This document shows positions 1 through 3,580 of a stretch of DNA of 6,513 bases, piece after piece; within the stretch, counting starts at the first letter, position 1, and each line of letters starts with the position of its first letter. A program made the position numbers and the translations under genes. The stretch covers positions 1 to 6,513 of the IMG/VR virus record IMGVR_UViG_3300045988_000319. The stretch is one strand, 5' to 3'. Below the pieces are notes generated by a model. The model saw only the letters and a program-made list of their open reading frames with translations, had not been told where the DNA came from and made no database searches. Origin of the DNA: a virus.

Positions 1-55
1 CTGTTTCTGCTCGTCAGTCTATGGTTGCCCGGATTAATAATGCTGATGTTGCTTC
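1..55. repeat. Terminal overlap copy 1, identical to 6459-6513. This is the circularisation signature of an assembled circular genome.
   Basis: Base-by-base comparison: ctgtttctgctcgtcagtctatggttgcccggattaataatgctgatgttgcttc occurs at both ends. Confidence 0.95.
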
Positions 56-839
56 CTTCTCTATTCTTGCCCTTCGTCAAGCTGAAGCTCTTCAGAAATG
101 GAAAGAGATTACTCAATCTGTAGATACTAATTATCGCGACCAAATCAAGGCCCATTTTGGTATTAATACCCCTGCTTCTATGTCTCATATGGCACAATAT
201 ATTGGCGGTGTTGCTCGTAACCTTGACATTTCTGAAGTTGTAAACAACAATCTTTATGAAGACGGTTCTGAAGCTGTTATCTACGGCAAAGGTGTTGGTT
301 CTGGTTCCGGTAAGATGCGTTATCATACTGGTTCACAGTATTGTATTATCATGTGTATTTATCATGCTATGCCGCTTTTGGATTATGCGATTTCAGGTCA
401 AGATCCTCAATTGCTTTGTACTTCTGTAGAAGATCTCCCTATTCCTGAATTTGACAATATTGGTATGGAAGCTGTTCCGGCTACTACCCTCTTTAATTCT
501 AATCGCTTTAATGGTACGTCTACTGCCGATTTCGTTGGTTACAATCCTCGTTATTGGCCTTGGAAATCTAAGATCGATCGTGTCCACGGTGCGTTTATTA
601 CCACTCTTAAAGATTGGGTTGCTCCTATTGATGATGATTATTTGTATAAATGGTTTACTCCTAAGCAGGGCAAGTCTTCTTCTATTTCTTGGCCATTCTT
701 CAAAGTAAATCCGAATACTTTGGATTCTATCTTTGCTGTCGCTGCTAATTCTATTTGGGAGACTGATCAGCTTTTAGTTAATTGTGATGTTTCATGTAAG
801 GTTGTTCGTCCTCTTTCTCAGGATGGTATGCCTTATTAA
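1..839 (+). CDS. VP1: Major capsid protein VP1 (phiX174 F-like), C-terminal portion. Continues from 5429..6513 across the circular junction. The first complete codon in this window starts at nt 3.
   Basis: The reading frame is open from nt 3 to the TAA at 837-839. It is in phase with the ORF starting at 5429 once the 55-nt terminal overlap is collapsed (6479 = 21, and 6479-5429 = 1050, divisible by 3). The joined product is 622 aa. Its N-terminus, MAHFTGLKELQNHPHKAGFDIGSKNLFTAKVGELLPVYW, resembles the conserved start of microvirus capsid proteins as I remember them. Codon use is strongly NNT-biased, as in the other structural genes. Confidence 0.92.
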   Translation, partial: VSARQSMVARINNADVASFSILALRQAEALQKWKEITQSVDTNYRDQIKAHFGINTPASMSHMAQYIGGVARNLDISEVVNNNLYEDGSEAVIYGKGVGSGSGKMRYHTGSQYCIIMCIYHAMPLLDYAISGQDPQLLCTSVEDLPIPEFDNIGMEAVPATTLFNSNRFNGTSTADFVGYNPRYWPWKSKIDRVHGAFITTLKDWVAPIDDDYLYKWFTPKQGKSSSISWPFFKVNPNTLDSIFAVAANSIWETDQLLVNCDVSCKVVRPLSQDGMPY

Positions 840-850
840 TATTATTCGTT

Positions 851-1372
851 ATGGAAAAAAGAAATTCAAATAAAGTTTGTTTTGGTTGTGGGTTCCGTAA
901 GGTAGACCTTTCTATTTCTGCTGTTGGATTTAATCCTGCTCTTTGTGAAAAGGAAATAGCTGTTGAAATCGATCCTGTTTCTAAGTTTTGCATTGAAACG
1001 ATTGGTGAAGCTGAGGATAAATATTATCGTTATCGTTCCGATATCTCTATGTTACTCCATGCTAAGGATACTGCTAATAAGATTGGTGTTGAAGGATTAC
1101 GTTATCTTTCCGAGTCTCGTAGGACAAAAACGTCTGCTATTCAATCTCAGTTGGATCAAATGGATGATCAGCTTCTTTTGGATACTGTTAAGTCTCGTCA
1201 TTTGCAGTCCCCTGCTGAAATTCTTGCTTGGTCTGAAAGTTTAACTCAGGTAGCTCACGATCTTGAAACTCGTGCTGGTGCCGAAGCTCGTAAAAAATAT
1301 GATGAGGAAATTGCTGCCGCTGCTGCTGCTAGTAGTAGTTCTTCTTCTGGATCATCTGATTCAGTTGAATGA
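851..1372 (+). CDS. Hypothetical 173-aa acidic protein with an Ala6-Ser6 low-complexity tail. Its position between VP1 and VP2 suggests an internal scaffolding (VP3-like) role, which is unproven.
   Basis: An ATG lies 12 nt after the VP1 stop, and the ORF fills the whole VP1-VP2 gap. It shares the NNT codon bias of its neighbours. The start context GTTATGGAAAAA is shared with the ORF at 3385. I recognise no catalytic motif. The function is inferred from gene order only. Confidence 0.7.
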   Translation: MEKRNSNKVCFGCGFRKVDLSISAVGFNPALCEKEIAVEIDPVSKFCIETIGEAEDKYYRYRSDISMLLHAKDTANKIGVEGLRYLSESRRTKTSAIQSQLDQMDDQLLLDTVKSRHLQSPAEILAWSESLTQVAHDLETRAGAEARKKYDEEIAAAAAASSSSSSGSSDSVE

Positions 1373-2495
1373 TAATTTTTTGATTCTGTCTGGTCCTTCA
1401 GATATTTTAAATTCTGTTGGTCTCGGTCTTGGCGCTGTTTCAGGTATTGGTAATATTTTTAGTTCTATTCATTCTAATTCTCAGAATATGAAGATTAATA
1501 GGATGAATAATGAGTTTAATGCTCGTGAAGCAGAGAAAGCTCGTCAATATCAGACTGAAATGTGGAATAAGACTAATGAGTGGAATTCTCCTAAGAATGT
1601 TCGTAAGCGTCTTGAAGATGCTGGATATAATTCTTATTTAGGATTGGATTCTTCTAATGTTGGTACAGCTCAGAGTGCTGGATCTTCTTCTCCTGCTTCG
1701 GCTTCTCCTCCTATTCAGAATAATCCTGTTCAGTTTGATGGCTTTCAGAATGCGATTTCGACCGCTGTTCAGATGAGTAATTCTACAAAGGTATCTAATG
1801 CAGAAGCTAATAATCTTCAAGGTCAAAAAGGTTTAGCTGATGCCCAAGCTGCCGCTACTCTTTCTGGTATTGATTGGTATAAATTTTCTCCTGAGTATCG
1901 TAATTGGTTACAAACTACCGGTATGGCTCGTGCTCAATTGTCTTTCAATACTGATCAGCAGAATCTTGAGAATATGAAATGGATTAATAAAATTCAACGT
2001 GCTCAACGCACTGATATTCTTTTATCTAATGAGGCTAAACGTACTATTAATAAGTATCTGGATAATTCTCAATCCTTACAGTTGAAATTGATGGCTAATC
2101 AGGCTTTTCAGGCTTTTGCTTCTGGTCGTTTGTCTCTTCAGCAGGCTAAGACTGAAGTCACTAAACAGTTTATGAATATGGTTGAAACCGAAGGTAAGAA
2201 GATCTATAATAGAATTGCTTCTGAGACGGCTGATCAATTGATTGGTGCTCTTCAATGGCAGTATTCCTCTGATGAAATGTATTCTCGTGGTTATGCTGGC
2301 TATGCTCGTCAAGCTGGCCAATCTCGTGGAAAAGGAGATATTGCTAAAGGTCAACTTGATGAGTATGATTATGGTGCTCGTTATTGGAATACTGGTATAG
2401 AGTCTATTGGTCATATTGGTAATGGTATTGGTCTTCCTTTATTGTTTGGTCGTGGTCTTCGTGGTCCACAGTCTATAAAAGGTTTCCGTCGCTAA
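1299..2495 (+). CDS. VP2: Minor capsid / DNA pilot protein VP2 (phiX174 H-like). The start is uncertain: ATG 1299 or 1302, or TTG 1263 or 1380.
   Basis: A Gly-rich N-terminal segment (GLGLGAVSGIGNIF) is followed by NEFNAREAEKARQYQTEMWNKTNEWNSPKNVRKRLEDAGYNSYLG. This resembles the conserved VP2 block of goku- and alpa-type microviruses as I remember it. A long heptad-like, Q/N/K-rich central region fits a coiled-coil tube. The stop TAA is at 2493-2495. The track ORF begins at TTG 1263, and the first ATG is at 1299. Confidence 0.88.
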   Translation: MMRKLLPLLLLVVVLLLDHLIQLNDNFLILSGPSDILNSVGLGLGAVSGIGNIFSSIHSNSQNMKINRMNNEFNAREAEKARQYQTEMWNKTNEWNSPKNVRKRLEDAGYNSYLGLDSSNVGTAQSAGSSSPASASPPIQNNPVQFDGFQNAISTAVQMSNSTKVSNAEANNLQGQKGLADAQAAATLSGIDWYKFSPEYRNWLQTTGMARAQLSFNTDQQNLENMKWINKIQRAQRTDILLSNEAKRTINKYLDNSQSLQLKLMANQAFQAFASGRLSLQQAKTEVTKQFMNMVETEGKKIYNRIASETADQLIGALQWQYSSDEMYSRGYAGYARQAGQSRGKGDIAKGQLDEYDYGARYWNTGIESIGHIGNGIGLPLLFGRGLRGPQSIKGFRR

Positions 2496-2516
2496 TATTT
2501 GTCATATTATTAATTT

Positions 2517-2580
2517 GCTCCGCGTGGATGTTTCTATAATCGTCCAGATTATAGAGATTTCCCACCGGAGCTTTTTTATT
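2517..2580 (+). terminator. Compound stem-loop followed by a T6 tract: a likely intrinsic terminator or mRNA-stabilising hairpin after the structural gene block.
   Basis: The outer stem pairs gctccg (2517-2522) with cggagc (2566-2571). The middle stem pairs gtgg (2524-2527) with ccac (2562-2565). The apical 8-bp stem pairs tctataat (2533-2540) with attataga (2548-2555) around the loop cgtccag. A TTTTTT run follows at 2572-2577, 22 nt downstream of the VP2 stop. Confidence 0.6.
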
Positions 2581-2660
2581 GTTATTCATTATTCTATTAA
2601 TATTGTCTTATATATTGTATTCCTATACTTCTGTTATACATTTTTGTTTTCATTTCCTTC

Positions 2661-3067
2661 CCGGGACGTCTTGTCAACTTTGTTGACGTTTGTCACCTTC
2701 CCCTTTATTGCCGGTAGCAATGAAATTGCGTTTATAGCGCGAGCGACAAAAAAGGGTTCTAGGGCTTTGCCCTAGAGCGTTAGCACCTTGATATCGCCAA
2801 AGGCGCATTCGCTTTAGCGAACACTTCTGTCCTTAATCGGTTTCTTAAGGTTGCTGTCCGTTTGTCTTATCGCAGAGTTCACTCCCTGTAAAATTAAAAA
2901 AAAAATAGCGGCGAGTCCGCCAGATGTTTTACGAAGTAAAACTAATCTATGATAGCTTCATAGTCGGATGGTTTATTCTTGGCGAAGCCTATTTCATTTT
3001 TCCCGAAGGGTAATTACTTTATCTTAGTAATTACTCTCTATCCTTGTCATATATACGAAAAATGACA
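2661..3067 (+). other. GC-enriched, hairpin-dense noncoding island: a candidate ssDNA complementary-strand origin or structured RNA. Its function is unknown.
   Basis: No plausible ORF lies on either strand. About 13 local inverted repeats are present. (1) 2673-2687 gtcaac/ttt/gttgac. (2) 2717-2729 gcaat/gaa/attgc. (3) 2756-2778, core ctagggc/ttt/gccctag. (4) 2795-2805 cgcc/aaa/ggcg. (5) 2808-2821 ttcgc/ttta/gcgaa. (6) 2831-2850 ccttaa/tcggtttc/ttaagg. (7) 2910-2921 ggcg/agtc/cgcc. (8) 2926-2942 gttttac/gaa/gtaaaac. (9) 2947-2963 ctatga/tagct/tcatag. (10) 2981-2989 ggc/gaa/gcc. (11) 3002-3010 ccc/gaa/ggg. (12) 3010-3034 gtaattac/tttatctta/gtaattac. (13) 3045-3067 tgtcat/11-nt loop/atgaca. A hand count of 2761-2820 gives 32/60 G+C, well above the AT-rich coding sequence. 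Confidence 0.6.
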
Positions 3068-3108
3068 CACCCCCCCTAATACATAACTTTATTCATAATA
3101 TAAGTTAA

Positions 3109-3116
3109 TAAATTTG
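3109..3116 (+). promoter_or_regulatory. Bacteroidetes-type -7 promoter element TAAATTTG (consensus TAnnTTTG), upstream of the 3147 / 3385 / VP4 gene block.
   Basis: An exact TAnnTTTG match sits 31 nt upstream of ATG 3147, in an AT-rich stretch at the end of the noncoding region. There is no exact TTTG -33 box; only CTTTA lies near 3087-3091. The motif is short, and several chance matches are expected in a T-rich 6.5-kb genome (one at 728-735 lies inside VP1). Support therefore comes mainly from position. Confidence 0.4.
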
Positions 3117-3146
3117 CTAGTTACGATTATTTTCCACTAGTTTTAC

Positions 3147-3368
3147 ATGTCTAAAAAAAAAGTTATGAAAATTACAGCTACTCAGTGGATTGAAATCGTT
3201 AAATTGATTGCCACATTTGTTATTGGTGTTATTACCACATTGTTTGTTCATTCTTGCACCCTTTCTTTGTCTGTTGCTAAGAATAATACTAACTCTACTC
3301 AAAAAACTGAGCAGACATCTACTTCATCTGTGGATTCTACTCATATCAATATTAATCCCAAGTACTAA
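3147..3368 (+). CDS. Small (73 aa) membrane-anchored or lipoprotein-like protein. Function unknown.
   Basis: It is the first ORF after the candidate promoter. The N-terminus is basic (MSKKKVMK) and is followed by a hydrophobic segment, IEIVKLIATFVIGVITTLFV. This is followed by HSC (Cys37, a weak lipobox) and a 36-aa Ser/Thr/Asn-rich tail. A second in-frame ATG lies at 3165. I recognise no homology. Confidence 0.6.
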   Translation: MSKKKVMKITATQWIEIVKLIATFVIGVITTLFVHSCTLSLSVAKNNTNSTQKTEQTSTSSVDSTHININPKY

Positions 3369-3384
3369 TTTAAATTTTATTGTT

Positions 3385-3576
3385 ATGGAAAAACAAGTAT
3401 TGAAGAAAGAAGAAAAAACTTTTGTGAATGGTTTTATCGTTTCGGTTCAGTTGCCCGGTATTCCACCGAAACAGTCCTTTGTGCACACTTCTGATGCTTT
3501 AGCAAGAACTATTTCTTCTGTTCTTGACTCTACCCCTCATGCTATTATTTTGGTTCAAGCTTCTGTAAATCTCTAA
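3385..3576 (+). CDS. Hypothetical 63-aa protein (MEKQVLKKEEKTF...).
   Basis: The ATG at 3385 lies 16 nt after the previous stop. It has the same GTTATGGAAAAA start context as the 851 gene. The ORF ends in a tandem TAA TAG (3574-3579), 1 nt before the VP4 ATG. The upstream part of the 3208-3576 track ORF overlaps gene 3147-3368 and translates as a Leu-rich off-frame artefact. Confidence 0.55.
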   Translation: MEKQVLKKEEKTFVNGFIVSVQLPGIPPKQSFVHTSDALARTISSVLDSTPHAIILVQASVNL

Positions 3577-3580
3577 TAGC

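Noticed and set aside
1-55. Terminal direct repeat as a biological feature (DTR, LTR or att site).
   Set aside because: The repeat lies in the middle of the VP1 coding sequence and restores a single intact ORF when collapsed. That is the expected artefact of linearising an assembled circular contig.
393-2414. Off-frame and antisense track ORFs inside VP1, the 851 gene and VP2: 451-708 (+), 963-1244 (+), 393-587 (-), 778-993 (-), 1638-1826 (-) and 2076-2414 (-).
   Set aside because: All are fully nested in strongly supported genes. Their Leu/Ile/Ser/Arg-rich compositions are typical of frame shadows in a T-rich coding strand. Minus-strand genes are unknown in Microviridae. The same reasoning applies to 3117-3302 (-) and 5210-5392 (-).
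2515-2775. 86-aa + strand track ORF inside the noncoding region.
   Set aside because: It starts at a TTG and runs straight through the terminator hairpin and T-tract. It then crosses the AT-rich tract and several palindromes. The product is a Phe/Ile/Leu-rich low-complexity string. Its codon pattern lacks the NNT bias of the real genes.
2787-2794. Similarity to the phiX174 gpA origin and nick site (CAACTTG/ATATTAATAAC). CTTGATAT lies in the noncoding island, between two hairpins.
   Set aside because: It is only an 8-mer. Comparable partial matches occur elsewhere: CAACTTGAT at 2352-2360 in VP2, TTGATATT at 5484-5491 in VP1 and TTGATATA near 3974. Such T/A-rich words are common in this genome. 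No site matches the full 30-nt phiX origin. The + strand origin therefore cannot be assigned from sequence alone. The 2787 site remains a testable candidate, for example by VP4 cleavage of oligonucleotides.
2674-2808. 44-codon minus-strand ORF encoding a very basic peptide (MRLWRYQGANALGQSPRTLFCRSRYKRNFIATGNKGEGDKRQQS), reminiscent in charge of the J/VP8 DNA-binding proteins.
   Set aside because: It is on the strand that is not known to be transcribed as mRNA in Microviridae. It has no promoter support, is made largely of palindromic hairpin sequence, and is short enough to arise by chance.
2924-3013. 29-codon + strand mini-ORF (MFYEVKLIYDSFIVGWFILGEAYFIFPEG) in the hairpin island.
   Set aside because: It is very short and spans four of the stem-loops. 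Its codon usage lacks the NNT bias. Nothing distinguishes it from chance.
2661-3067. Known RNA classes in the structured island: tRNA, tmRNA, a hammerhead-type ribozyme core or a CRISPR repeat array.
   Set aside because: I found no T-arm (GTTCRANYC flanked by a 5-bp stem). I found no acceptor or D-arm arrangement on either strand. There is no CUGAUGA...GAAA core in the region, and no spaced direct repeats. This was checked by eye only, so a covariance-model scan is still needed.
3085-3115. Possible dif-like XerC/XerD site (CATAA-TATAAG-TTAATAAAT) that could mediate lysogeny without an integrase, as proposed for Bacteroidetes microviral prophages.
   Set aside because: Only the CATAA half-arm resembles the E. 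coli dif sequence I remember. The second arm matches poorly. I do not know the Bacteroides dif consensus well enough to judge. The stretch also overlaps the putative promoter. No support beyond AT-richness.
3140-3146. GTTTTAC immediately before ATG 3147 repeats the 5-prime arm of the 2926-2942 hairpin. It could pair alternatively with GTAAAAC (2936-2942) to occlude the start codon.
   Set aside because: A 7-nt AT-rich word recurring once in 6.5 kb is expected by chance. The pairing would require a readthrough transcript spanning 200 nt, whereas the likely promoter at 3109 lies downstream of the partner arm.
3208-3384. N-terminal extension of the 122-aa track ORF (3208-3576).
   Set aside because: It has a non-ATG start and overlaps the 3147-3368 gene out of frame. 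It translates as MPHLLLVLLPHCLFILAPFLCLLL, an off-frame artefact. The ATG at 3385, with a start context shared with the 851 gene, is the sensible start.
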